Origin: Candidatus Daviesbacteria bacterium
GTDB lineage: Bacteria; Patescibacteriota; Microgenomatia; Daviesbacterales; UBA10151
Length of the DNA stretch: 64,000 bases
Assembly (NCBI GenBank): GCA_016184225.1
Contig: JACPDA010000004.1
Coordinates: forward strand, 672,316 to 736,315
Direction of reading: 5' to 3'
Part shown: positions 21,111-29,938 of the stretch, piece by piece
Position numbering within the stretch: the stretch's first letter is position 1
Layout of the letters: the number at the start of each line of letters is the position of its first letter
Position numbers and translations under genes: made by a program
Notes under the pieces: model-generated
Database searches by the model: none
Told to the model about the DNA's origin: nothing
The model's input: only the letters and a program-made list of their open reading frames with translations

Positions 21111-22732
21111 TATTTTTTGCCTCCCTTTGAAACCTTACTAAATATCCCTACAAACTCCTTTGTTACTTTCTCCAACTCTTTAGCCGTCTTTTCATCCAAT
21201 TCCTTTTTATCCGCTATCTCAGACAATAACTTCTTGTTGCGCAATTTTAGGTGGGCAATATATCTTTGTTCAAATTCACGCGCCTTTTCCACTTCGATCT
21301 CGTCTAAATACCCATTCGTGACTGCCCAAAGCGATACAACTTGTTCTTCAACCGGAACAGGGGAATAGGGAGGTTGCTTTAAAATCTCCGTGATTCTTTT
21401 GCCCCTTTCTATCTGTTGCTTGGTAGCCTGGTCCAAGTCAGAAGAAAATTGGGCAAAAGCTTGCAAAGCCCTAAATTGGGCCAAATCCAACCGGAGCCTA
21501 CCTGCTACCGTTTTCATGGCTTTTGTCTGGGCAGTACCACCAACCCGGGAAACCGATAAACCGACATTAACAGCCGGCCTAATTCCGGCAAAAAACAGGT
21601 CTCCCTCTAAATAAATTTGTCCGTCAGTAATGGAAATAACATTAGTCGGGATATAAGCAGAAACATCACCGGCCTGCGTCTCAATAATCGGCAAGGCAGT
21701 TAAAGACCCTCCCCCGAAGTCTTTGCTTAACTTGGCAGCCCGCTCCAAAAGCCTTGAGTGCAGGTAAAATACATCTCCCGGGTAAGCCTCCCTGCCGGAA
21801 GGCCGGCGCAGCAGCAAAGACATTTGTCGGTATGCCCAAGCATGTTTAGACAGATCATCATAAATTATCAGTGCATCTTTTCCCTGGTCCATGAAACACT
21901 CACCCATGGCACAACCGGCGTAAGGGGCCAGATACTGCATAGTAGCCGAATCCGAAGCAGAAGCTGAAACTATAATAGTGTGTTCCATTGCCCCAGCTTC
22001 TTCCAGTTTGGCCACCAACTGTGCCACTTTGGATATTTTCTGCCCGATTGCTACATAAATACAAATTACAGGAGAGCTTTCAGTCTTCAGACTCGCTTCG
22101 CTGTCAGCTTTCAGACTTTTTGAATCTGTCTGACGACTGACGACTGACGACTGACGACCTTGATTAATGATCGTATCTACCGCAATGGTGGTCTTACCGG
22201 TGTTTCTGTCACCGATAATCAGCTCCCTTTGCCCCCGGCCAATTGGGATCATGGCATCAATTGCTTTAATACCGGTCTGCAGGGGGGTATTGACACTTTG
22301 CCTGGTCACAACTCCGGGAGCAATCTTTTCCACAGGATAGCTTATCTTTGTCTTAACAGCACCTTTGCCGTCAATCGGATTACCCAGCGCATCAACTACC
22401 CGGCCAATCAAAGCTTCTCCTACAGGAACTTGTAAGATTTGACCGGTGGTTTTAACCTGATCACCTTCTTTAACTAAAGTAAAATCCCCAAAGATCACTG
22501 CTCCGACATTGTATTGTTCCAAGTTTAAGGCCAAGCCGAAAACTCCTTTCCCGAAGTCTAAAAGCTCCGAGTATTGGACATCTGATAGACCCTCAATCCT
22601 GGCCACACCATCACCAATCTCGGTCACGACACCAATGTTTTGCTTCTGAGCTTTTAATTTTAGTCCTTTAATTTGGTTCTCTATATCAGCAATAAGCGAA
22701 GCTTGCGAGCTACCGCTCTTTAAATTAGCCAC
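21110..22732 (-). CDS. atpA: F1 ATP synthase alpha subunit with ~27-aa in-frame insertion
   Basis: Walker A GDRNTGKT. The inserted segment [28 protein letters not shown] is encoded by a family-F REP at 22078-22160. Confidence 0.9.
   Translation of the reverse strand: MANLKSGSSQASLIADIENQIKGLKLKAQKQNIGVVTEIGDGVARIEGLSDVQYSELLDFGKGVFGLALNLEQYNVGAVIFGDFTLVKEGDQVKTTGQILQVPVGEALIGRVVDALGNPIDGKGAVKTKISYPVEKIAPGVVTRQSVNTPLQTGIKAIDAMIPIGRGQRELIIGDRNTGKTTIAVDTIINQGRQSSVVSRQTDSKSLKADSEASLKTESSPVICIYVAIGQKISKVAQLVAKLEEAGAMEHTIIVSASASDSATMQYLAPYAGCAMGECFMDQGKDALIIYDDLSKHAWAYRQMSLLLRRPSGREAYPGDVFYLHSRLLERAAKLSKDFGGGSLTALPIIETQAGDVSAYIPTNVISITDGQIYLEGDLFFAGIRPAVNVGLSVSRVGGTAQTKAMKTVAGRLRLDLAQFRALQAFAQFSSDLDQATKQQIERGKRITEILKQPPYSPVPVEEQVVSLWAVTNGYLDEIEVEKAREFEQRYIAHLKLRNKKLLSEIADKKELDEKTAKELEKVTKEFVGIFSKVSKGGKK
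22078..22160. repeat. REP-like element, family F (CAGTCTTCAGC...CTGACGACTGACGACTGACGAC) inside atpA
   Basis: Same architecture as the intergenic copies at 51110-51190 and 53003-53080. Here it is translated in-frame. Confidence 0.75.
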
Positions 22733-23117
22733 TGATGGCCTCCTTCACCTGCATAATCTTATCTTTAATTGACTCATCCCAAACCTCATCTCCTACCTTA
22801 AGTTTAAACCCACCCATAATCTCCGGGTTAATATTCACCAAGACTTTAGTAATTTTTTTCTCATTCTCTACAATCTTTTTCATCCTGTTGATTTGGGCAG
22901 GGGAGAGGGAAATTGTTGATTCAATATACAAAGTATGTTCCCGCTCTTTTCTTTTTAAACTTTTCAAATATTCTGATAAAGCCTGTATCGCCTCAGACTT
23001 TGACAGGGATTTCAAAATTTTAATAGACCTGATTACCTGGGTTTCCAAAATCCTGCCTTCTTTAAAGCTTAAATCCACCAGCTTTCTAACCGTTTTATGT
23101 AGCTGTTTTTTAATCAT
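22725..23117 (-). CDS. atpH: ATP synthase delta (OSCP) subunit, short form
   Basis: 130 aa. The position between atpF and atpA and the delta-like C-terminal region support the call. Confidence 0.6.
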   Translation of the reverse strand: MIKKQLHKTVRKLVDLSFKEGRILETQVIRSIKILKSLSKSEAIQALSEYLKSLKRKEREHTLYIESTISLSPAQINRMKKIVENEKKITKVLVNINPEIMGGFKLKVGDEVWDESIKDKIMQVKEAISG

Positions 23118-23620
23118 GACAAGTTTTTTACCTCTTTTTCTATGATTTCTTTCTGATCTTTTTTATTTAAAACCTTGCCAGTCACTTTTTCCATGGCTGA
23201 GACCACCACTTCTGCTACTTTACTCATCACTTCTTGCTCCATCCTGACACTTTCAGCCTGGACAGCTTCTTGGCCCTTTTTAATGATTTCCTGAGCCATC
23301 TTATCGGCTTTCTCTTTTGTTTCCTCAAGATACAACACTCTTTCTTTCTTTGATTCATCTATGATTTTTTGCGCTTCATCTGAGGCTCTACTAATCATTA
23401 CTTCTATTTTCTCATTGGTTTCCGATAATCTTTTTTCAATCTCTTCCGTATTCCTTAGGCTTTCTTCAATCTTTTTCTTTCGTTCTTCTAAAACTTTCAA
23501 AATTGGTTTATATAAAAACCTCTTTAAAATAAAAAGAAGTAAGAAAAAATTGACTACCTGCGCAGCCAAAAGTAACGGATTGATGCCAAATTGGTTTAAA
23601 ATTTCCATAATTAGAGTCAA
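23114..23620 (-). CDS. atpF: ATP synthase Fo subunit b
   Basis: N-terminal TM helix followed by a long charged coiled coil, in atp operon context. Confidence 0.8.
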   Translation of the reverse strand: MTLIMEILNQFGINPLLLAAQVVNFFLLLFILKRFLYKPILKVLEERKKKIEESLRNTEEIEKRLSETNEKIEVMISRASDEAQKIIDESKKERVLYLEETKEKADKMAQEIIKKGQEAVQAESVRMEQEVMSKVAEVVVSAMEKVTGKVLNKKDQKEIIEKEVKNLS

Positions 23621-23684
23621 GAGTCTAGAATCTAGAGTCTAGGAGAAAAATAAATACTTGACTCTCGACTCTAGTGACTAGACT

Positions 23685-23685
<1 letters not shown>
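23603..23685. repeat. REP-like element, family E
   Basis: GAGTCAAGAGTCTAGAATCTAGAGTCTAGGAGAAAAATAAATACTTGACTCTCGACTCTAGTGACTAGACTC. Near-identical to the copy at 56525-56598. Confidence 0.8.
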
Positions 23686-23906
<221 letters not shown>

Positions 23907-24629
23907 TTAATGCTCCTCTGCATGCTTTTCTGAAAGTAACACCATAAATACCAGTGTCAGCATCATAAAAACAGCAGCCTGTACAAATCCTACAATAATT
24001 TCCAGAAAATAAAAAGGGAGCGGTACTATAAAGGCAAAGATTCCCGAAATCGTTGCCAGCACCACTTCCCCGGCGAATATATTACCAAAAAGCCGGAAAG
24101 AAAGCGATACTATTTTGGTAAATTCTCCGACTAATTCTAAAATTCCCACAAATAAAAATATCGGGTTTAGGGTAAACCACTTTTTTAAATATTCAAGCAA
24201 TCCTAAATAACGCAGGGCAAAAATATGGGTCAAAATAGCGGAGATCAAAGCCAGAGCCAAAGTCATGTTTAAATCGGAGTTCATGGAACGAAGCAATGGT
24301 TCACCATGAAACTTAATGGTGGCAAAACCTGGTAAAAGGCCAATCCAGTTTGAAAACAAAATAAACAGAAAAAAGGTCATTACAATCGGGAAAAATACCT
24401 TAGCCTTTTTGTCTCCTGCCAAATCAGAAACCGTAGTGTGTCCAAAATCAATGATCATTTCAAACAAGTTTTGCAAACCAGAAGGGACTAGCCGCACCTT
24501 CCAGGTGGCCAGGACAGAAATAATTATCAAAACTGCCATTGTTATCCAGCTGACCAGCAGGGTATTGGTAATGGGGAAATTCTTAAAATACCCCAATATT
24601 TCCGGCGGCAGTACTATTGCATTTTCCAT
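23907..24629 (-). CDS. atpB: ATP synthase Fo subunit a
   Basis: Five to six TM helices and a conserved Arg in the penultimate helix (FRLFGNIFAGE). Confidence 0.9.
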   Translation of the reverse strand: MENAIVLPPEILGYFKNFPITNTLLVSWITMAVLIIISVLATWKVRLVPSGLQNLFEMIIDFGHTTVSDLAGDKKAKVFFPIVMTFFLFILFSNWIGLLPGFATIKFHGEPLLRSMNSDLNMTLALALISAILTHIFALRYLGLLEYLKKWFTLNPIFLFVGILELVGEFTKIVSLSFRLFGNIFAGEVVLATISGIFAFIVPLPFYFLEIIVGFVQAAVFMMLTLVFMVLLSEKHAEEH

Positions 24630-24762
24630 AGCATATATTTTACGTTTTTCCGAAGGAAAAAGGCAAGGTTCTGATTTCTGAGTTATACAATATCATACTG
24701 CGAAGAAATCAGGTCCTTACAAGAAGCTAATAAGAGGCGTCAACCACTTGTATCATTTAATC

Positions 24763-24800
24763 TTCCGATCCCGGATCGGTTATCTATTGACGATCCGGTA
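24763..24800. repeat. REP-like element, family A (upstream flank of RAYT copy 2)
   Basis: TTCCGATCCCGGATCGGTTATCTATTGACGATCCGGTAAA. About 90% identical to the intragenic copy at 28758-28798. Confidence 0.8.
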
Positions 24801-24821
24801 AATTACCACTAAACTAAGATT

Positions 24822-25493
24822 ATGGCTCTAAGAAAAACTATCTTAGCTACTGACCAAATCTATCACATATATAACCGTGGTGTGGAAAAAAGGCCAATAT
24901 TTTTAAATAGAAGGGGCTACAATAGATTTCTTCAAGTAATCAATTACTATCGTTTTGCTAACTGTCCCGTAAAATTTTCCCAATTTAAAGCATTATCCCA
25001 AGATTCAAGAAACGATTTATTAAACAAGCTCGAAATCCAGTCAGATAAACATGTTGAAATCCTGGCTTTCTGTCTTATGCCAAATCACATTCACTTTCTC
25101 TGTAAGCAATTAAAGGAAAAAGGTATTTCTAAGTTTATGGGCAAGTTAAGTAGCGGCTATAGCCATTACTTTAATACCATTAATCAAAGAGTAGGACCTC
25201 TATTTCAAGGAAATTTTAAGGCAGTCAGAATTGAGACAGATGAACAATTAGTGCATACTTCTCGCTACATACATCTAAACCCGGTTTCATCTTATCTAAT
25301 AGAATTTGATTCCCTGGAAAGCTACGAGTATTCTTCTTATCCCGAATATACCGGACGAAAAACAGGATTCTGCAACACAGAACAAGTCCTTTCTTATTTT
25401 AAGAGTATTAAAGCATACAAGGATTTTGTTGGTGACCAAGTGGACTATGCAAGAGAACTAGAAAATATCAAACATCTAATTCTGGAAGATTAA
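24822..25493 (+). CDS. RAYT-like HUH Y1 transposase, copy 2
   Basis: LMPNHIHFL HuH motif and TSRYIHLNP Tyr motif. Flanked on both sides by family-A REPs. Confidence 0.75.
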   Translation: MALRKTILATDQIYHIYNRGVEKRPIFLNRRGYNRFLQVINYYRFANCPVKFSQFKALSQDSRNDLLNKLEIQSDKHVEILAFCLMPNHIHFLCKQLKEKGISKFMGKLSSGYSHYFNTINQRVGPLFQGNFKAVRIETDEQLVHTSRYIHLNPVSSYLIEFDSLESYEYSSYPEYTGRKTGFCNTEQVLSYFKSIKAYKDFVGDQVDYARELENIKHLILED

Positions 25494-25525
25494 ATTTCCG
25501 GAGAAGATAACCGAATCGCAAACCT

Positions 25526-25545
25526 ATTCCGATCCCGGATCGGAG
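25526..25545. repeat. REP-like element, family A (downstream flank of RAYT copy 2)
   Basis: ATTCCGATCCCGGATCGGAG. Confidence 0.8.
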
Positions 25546-25580
25546 TTATTGGAAATCACTCAAGATAACAATCTGCATCC

Positions 25581-25607
25581 GTATTCCCACTCGTCAAGTG
25601 GGAATAC
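25581..25607. repeat. REP-like hairpin, family G (TTCCCAC-N-GTGGGAA)
   Basis: GTATTCCCACTCGTCAAGTGGGAATAC. Related copies at 25931, 55936 and 58946. Confidence 0.7.
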
Positions 25608-25637
25608 AGTGGGACTGGTCCTGGTATAATAAAATAA

Positions 25638-25931
25638 GTGAAAACTTTTACAGCAAGTATCGCAGCAATACTATTAAGTTTATTTAGTGCCTTTTGCCTA
25701 TCTTTAGCATTAACTATGTTTCTTTCTGTTTTCTTTTTACTTCCTGGTCTCGGCAATCTAAATTATTTATTCCTTGGATTAATAATCCTTATTATTCTAT
25801 CTATTACATTAGGAATTATCTTCTATAAATGGATTACTAATGGCCTAAAAAGAGGTGTCTTTTATACTTGTTTTATATCTATTTGCTTCCTTCTTGTTAT
25901 TTGGATTCTTGTAGCAATAAGGCAAATTTAA
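25638..25931 (+). CDS. small hydrophobic membrane protein (97 aa, 3 predicted TM helices)
   Basis: ORF bracketed by family-G REP hairpins. No homology recognised. Confidence 0.35.
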   Translation: MKTFTASIAAILLSLFSAFCLSLALTMFLSVFFLLPGLGNLNYLFLGLIILIILSITLGIIFYKWITNGLKRGVFYTCFISICFLLVIWILVAIRQI

Positions 25932-25965
25932 TTTAGCTTCCCACATGGAATGTGGGAATGCGCTT
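25931..25965. repeat. REP-like hairpin, family G
   Basis: TTTAGCTTCCCACATGGAATGTGGGAATGCGCTTC. Confidence 0.7.
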
Positions 25966-26040
25966 CAACGGCACCTAGATTCATTACAGCGTATCCGGTA
26001 TAATTTATAACGCAAACGATTAAAGAGAGGTCTAAAAAAA

Positions 26041-26271
26041 ATGTTTAAAGAATTAGATATGGTAGTTTTGATTCATGATAAAAAAGAGCATGGGCTTAAA
26101 AAAGGTGATTTAGGAACAATCGTTCATTTATATAGTAATAAAAAAGCTATGGAGGTTGAGTTTGTTGCTGCCTCCGGAAAAACCGTTGCTGTACTGACAT
26201 TAACTCCCAAAGATATCCACCCAATGGCAAAGAATGAAATTCTTCATGTCCGGGGCTTTGCGACAGCCTAA
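26041..26271 (+). CDS. small DUF4926-like protein
   Basis: 76 aa. The VVLIHDKKEHGLKKGDLGTIVH pattern resembles the DUF4926 family. TATAAT box at about 26003 and RBS AGAGAGG upstream. Confidence 0.4.
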   Translation: MFKELDMVVLIHDKKEHGLKKGDLGTIVHLYSNKKAMEVEFVAASGKTVAVLTLTPKDIHPMAKNEILHVRGFATA

Positions 26272-26273
26272 TC

Positions 26274-27842
26274 TTAATCCAGCTTTTCGCGCTGGCTCCG
26301 CAGGAATGAAAACCATTGTTCAAAAAAGGCAAAAATGCCCTTAAACGGGGTCTCTATAATAAAATCAAATATATATAAGAAAATATTAATTTGGGTCATG
26401 GTCAGGGTTAACCTTCTGCCGATTTGGATCAGCGGCATAAAGAAAAAGTCAAAAACCAAAGAGCCTAAGTTTTCCTTTTTATCTTTTAAAATATACTTAT
26501 GGGCAGTCCGGTTGATCCGGTAACTGACAAAGGAAACTATTGCCAGGAAGAAGATAAACACCCCTTGGGAAAACGGATTAACTCCCAGCTTGGTTAAAAT
26601 AAATATTACCGCCCCGAAACTTAAAGCAGCGGTGGCCAGCCAGAGCAAAGCAAATACAAACCAGAGCAGAGGATCAATCTTGTTCGGCCTTTTTTTAACT
26701 ATTAAAGGAGTTCCCAACTGCGCAGGCTCGCCGTATAAAATTGTATTGATCTTCCTTAAAATCCGGTAGGAATTTTCCCTACTGGGTGAGGGCATCAAAA
26801 GTCCCACTATAATCATTAAGATAGGTGGAGTCATGATATTGACGATGATGGAAGCCCAATAAGTCCGCCCGTAAAAAAGCCTCTCAAATGCCCCTTCCAC
26901 AAACAAAGCAAAAATAGCCTTGGTGACAAATATAAATATGACGCTTCTGACAATCGCCCTTCTGACTTTTCCGGCAGTGGATTTATAACGGGCATTGCAC
27001 GCGGCCAGTACCTCCGAGCTTAAGTATTCCTCATTGGAAACCAGGCCATAAGCCTTACCGCGGTGTTTCCTTAACACATCATCCAGGATTAAAAAGGGGA
27101 TGGTCCGGTCTTTAATATAAGTATGGATTTTATCTTTGGCAGGGTATTTGAATTGCTGTTCAATTTGGCGATAAGCTGTCAGAAAATGCTCTGCTATCTT
27201 TTCCAATTTCTCTTCGCTTAAAACACCAAAATACTGGATAAATAGATGGTATCGTAAAAATGCCAGGTCATCACTGGCATAAGCCCGCCTCACGGCTATA
27301 AAAACCTGCAGATCCCGGACTTCTTCTGTATCATCGCTAATGCTCACAAGGTCCTTGAAAATCCTAAAGATGAAATTACTCATCACATCTTTGGGATCAT
27401 TAGGTTTTAAGAGATGCTCTATTTCGGAAGAAAGTAAATGCATCATCCATTCATTAATTACTCCTTTGTTTAAGGAATGAGCTTTGTGGATTTTCTCCTC
27501 CAATTTCAGATATAAATCGATTGCTTCCGCTACTTTAGTCACCTGCGATTCAGGAATAGAGGAGTCCGGAAAATAACGAGCCCAAACCAACTCCCTGATG
27601 AGTGGTGCTGCTACTGTTTTGCCGTTTCCACCTAAAATCAGCCTTCTTTTTAAGATTCGCTCAATAGTTGAGCGCAGGATGACTTCGTCCTCCCGGTAAT
27701 CCATGGCGGTGCGGAACTTTTCATACCAGGTAGCCAGTTCTGCCACCAAAGGGTTCACGGAAACAGTCCTATCGTAGTTGGGAGCAGCAGTCCGGTCATA
27801 TGCTGCAACGAGTGCAGTAGATAATTTATTTAATGTGGCCAT
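26274..27842 (-). CDS. hypothetical integral membrane protein (N-terminal soluble ~300 aa, C-terminal 5-6 TM helices)
   Basis: Hydrophobicity pattern only. It may belong to the membrane-embedded family annotated in Pfam as putative site-specific recombinase, which I cannot verify. Confidence 0.4.
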   Translation of the reverse strand: MATLNKLSTALVAAYDRTAAPNYDRTVSVNPLVAELATWYEKFRTAMDYREDEVILRSTIERILKRRLILGGNGKTVAAPLIRELVWARYFPDSSIPESQVTKVAEAIDLYLKLEEKIHKAHSLNKGVINEWMMHLLSSEIEHLLKPNDPKDVMSNFIFRIFKDLVSISDDTEEVRDLQVFIAVRRAYASDDLAFLRYHLFIQYFGVLSEEKLEKIAEHFLTAYRQIEQQFKYPAKDKIHTYIKDRTIPFLILDDVLRKHRGKAYGLVSNEEYLSSEVLAACNARYKSTAGKVRRAIVRSVIFIFVTKAIFALFVEGAFERLFYGRTYWASIIVNIMTPPILMIIVGLLMPSPSRENSYRILRKINTILYGEPAQLGTPLIVKKRPNKIDPLLWFVFALLWLATAALSFGAVIFILTKLGVNPFSQGVFIFFLAIVSFVSYRINRTAHKYILKDKKENLGSLVFDFFFMPLIQIGRRLTLTMTQINIFLYIFDFIIETPFKGIFAFFEQWFSFLRSQREKLD

Positions 27843-27883
27843 TTGGTGTATTATAGTAATATTACCATATCAGTGGAGGAATA

Positions 27884-29035
27884 ATGACTAACGAGGAAAA
27901 ATTTAATTTAATAACCAGGAATTTAGAGGAAACTTTAACTGCAGAGGAGTTAAAAACTCTCATTAATTCTGGTACTCCATTAAAACATTATATCGGCTTT
28001 GAGATTTCCGGAAAAGGTCACATGGGCTGGGTTTTTACAATGCAGAAAATTAAAGATCTGCAGGATGCCGGGGTAGAAATAAACATCCTGCTGGCAGATT
28101 GGCATACCTGGCTTAATAAAAAATTAGATGGAACCTTAGAAACAGCTAAAAAAATGGCCAGGGGATATTTTGAGGAGGCTCTCAAGGCTTGTGTTTTATC
28201 TGCCGGATCAGATCCGGAAAAGATTAATTTTGTCTTAGGCAGTGAACTTTATGAAAAACTTGGTAACGATTACTGGGCCAAAGTAATTAAAGTTGCCAAA
28301 GCTACAACCCTTGCCAGAATGATCAGGTCAACTACCATTATGGGCAGAAAAGAGTCTGAGCTCTCTGACACAGCTATGTTAATTTATCCTGCCATGCAGT
28401 CAGCAGATATTTTTGCCTTAGGAGTTAATATTGCACACGCGGGAACGGATCAGAGAAATGTCCATGTGGTAGCCAGGGAAGCTGCTGCCCAGTTAGGAGA
28501 ACAAAAGCCGATCGCAATCCATCATCATTTGCTGCAAGGCCTGATGCAGCCGGTTTTTACAGAAGACGAAAGAGGAAATAAAATCCTGGATTTGGAAGCG
28601 GCAAAAATGAGCAAATCAAAACCGGACAGCGCAGTGTTTATCCATGACAGCCCGGATGAAATTAAAAGAAAAGTGGGTAATGCCTTTTGCCCGGAAGGGG
28701 AAGTGGAATTTAACCCCATCTTGGACTGGATCAAACATTTAATTTTTTACAATACATCCTTCCGATCCGGGATCGGAATAGATTTGCGATCCGGTAAAGA
28801 TAATGCAATCTTCACCGTGAAGCGTAATCCAAAATGGGGAAGGGATCTGGTTTACAATTCTTATGAAGAATTAGAAAAAGATTATGCGGAGAAAAAATTG
28901 CATCCGATGGATTTAAAAGTAGCTGTAGCAGAATGGCTGATTAAAAAATTAGAACCGGCCAGAAAATACTTTGAAGATCCAAAAAGAAAAGCTGCTTTGG
29001 AAGAGATTGAGAGACTAACTACAAAATTGACCTAA
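27884..29035 (+). CDS. tyrS: tyrosine--tRNA ligase, archaeal/eukaryotic type, with in-frame REP insertion
   Basis: HIGH-region variant YIGFEISGKGHMGW...ILLADWHTWLN matches the archaeal TyrRS pattern (YIGFEPSGKIHLGH...ILLADLHAYLN), plus KMSKS. Extra segment SFRSGIGIDLRSGKD is encoded by the REP at 28758-28798. Confidence 0.75.
   Translation: MTNEEKFNLITRNLEETLTAEELKTLINSGTPLKHYIGFEISGKGHMGWVFTMQKIKDLQDAGVEINILLADWHTWLNKKLDGTLETAKKMARGYFEEALKACVLSAGSDPEKINFVLGSELYEKLGNDYWAKVIKVAKATTLARMIRSTTIMGRKESELSDTAMLIYPAMQSADIFALGVNIAHAGTDQRNVHVVAREAAAQLGEQKPIAIHHHLLQGLMQPVFTEDERGNKILDLEAAKMSKSKPDSAVFIHDSPDEIKRKVGNAFCPEGEVEFNPILDWIKHLIFYNTSFRSGIGIDLRSGKDNAIFTVKRNPKWGRDLVYNSYEELEKDYAEKKLHPMDLKVAVAEWLIKKLEPARKYFEDPKRKAALEEIERLTTKLT
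28758..28798. repeat. REP-like element, family A, inside tyrS coding sequence
   Basis: CCTTCCGATCCGGGATCGGAATAGATTTGCGATCCGGTAAAG is in-frame and collinear with the copy at 24763-24800. Confidence 0.8.
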
Positions 29036-29040
29036 TTAAC

Positions 29041-29479
29041 CTAATTTCTAATTGACCTAAAGAATGACTAATGACAAAATTACCAAAAAATTTGATCTGG
29101 AAGACAGAACTGCTAAATTTGGAGAAGGTGTGATTAAATTGTGTCAGAAGATACCGAGAGGACCTATTACTGATCCACTAATTACACAACTGGTGAAATG
29201 TGGTACCAGCGTAGGAGCTAATTACTCCGAGGCAGATGATGCGGAAAGCAGAATGGATTTTAAACATAAGATCGGGATCTGTAAGAAGGAAACTAGGGAA
29301 GCTAAACATTTTATCAGGATGATTGTGGTTGCTGTATCGGTTTTAAAAGAAGAAGCCAAACCGTTGTGGCAGGAAGCTAAAGAATTAAACTTGATATTTA
29401 ACTCTATTTATAAGAAAGTAAAGTAGGCGGATGATTTTAGACATTTGGTCATTGAGATTTGATTAGAAATTAAAAATTA
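29041..29479. repeat. perfect 13-bp inverted repeat pair (CTAATTTCTAATT ... AATTAGAAATTAG) bracketing the four-helix-bundle gene
   Basis: Left arm 29041-29054 and right arm 29467-29479. Additional CCTAATT/AATTAGAAATT direct iterations on both sides. Confidence 0.6.
29064..29426 (+). CDS. four-helix-bundle protein (23S rRNA intervening-sequence protein family, TIGR02436-like)
   Basis: Size and the characteristic pattern FGEGVIKLCQKIP...QLVKCGTSVGANYSEA...EAKHFIRM. Confidence 0.75.
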   Translation: MTNDKITKKFDLEDRTAKFGEGVIKLCQKIPRGPITDPLITQLVKCGTSVGANYSEADDAESRMDFKHKIGICKKETREAKHFIRMIVVAVSVLKEEAKPLWQEAKELNLIFNSIYKKVK

Positions 29480-29591
29480 GAAATTAGAAATTTATCGTAT
29501 TATGATGTACTCAAAGAAATTTAAAATTTTCTGGATAATTTTATCCGTAATTGCCGGGATAGCCATTATCCTTTTTTCTCTTTTGCCCCTC

Positions 29592-29933
29592 TTAACCAGT
29601 TTCTGAAAGTGATCCTGCTTGGGCTTTTTCTTTCTCGTACTCTGCCAAAAATCCGATGGCAAAATCATCCAGGAATTTTTGGGTTTCTTCAGCTGCGCTT
29701 CTGCCAGTTCTTAAATTATAAAGCATTTTAATTTTCTCATTGGCTGACTCCTGATCAGGGCAAGCTTCAATTGCCTGCATATCTTCTTCTGTAAAACTAG
29801 CCATACCAGCGGTATAAATTCTGGCAAAGGCAGATTTGGTGAGTTCTGTTAAAAATTGGCTAACCTGCTCGTCTGTCGAACCCTTCTCTTTCATAACATC
29901 CACCACTTTTTGCATTTTAGTTTTTTCGTCCAT
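29592..29933 (-). CDS. hypothetical acidic protein (113 aa)
   Basis: ORF co-directional and adjacent (5-nt gap) to the 645-aa ORF. No family recognised. Confidence 0.4.
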   Translation of the reverse strand: MDEKTKMQKVVDVMKEKGSTDEQVSQFLTELTKSAFARIYTAGMASFTEEDMQAIEACPDQESANEKIKMLYNLRTGRSAAEETQKFLDDFAIGFLAEYEKEKAQAGSLSETG

Positions 29934-29938
29934 AAGTT

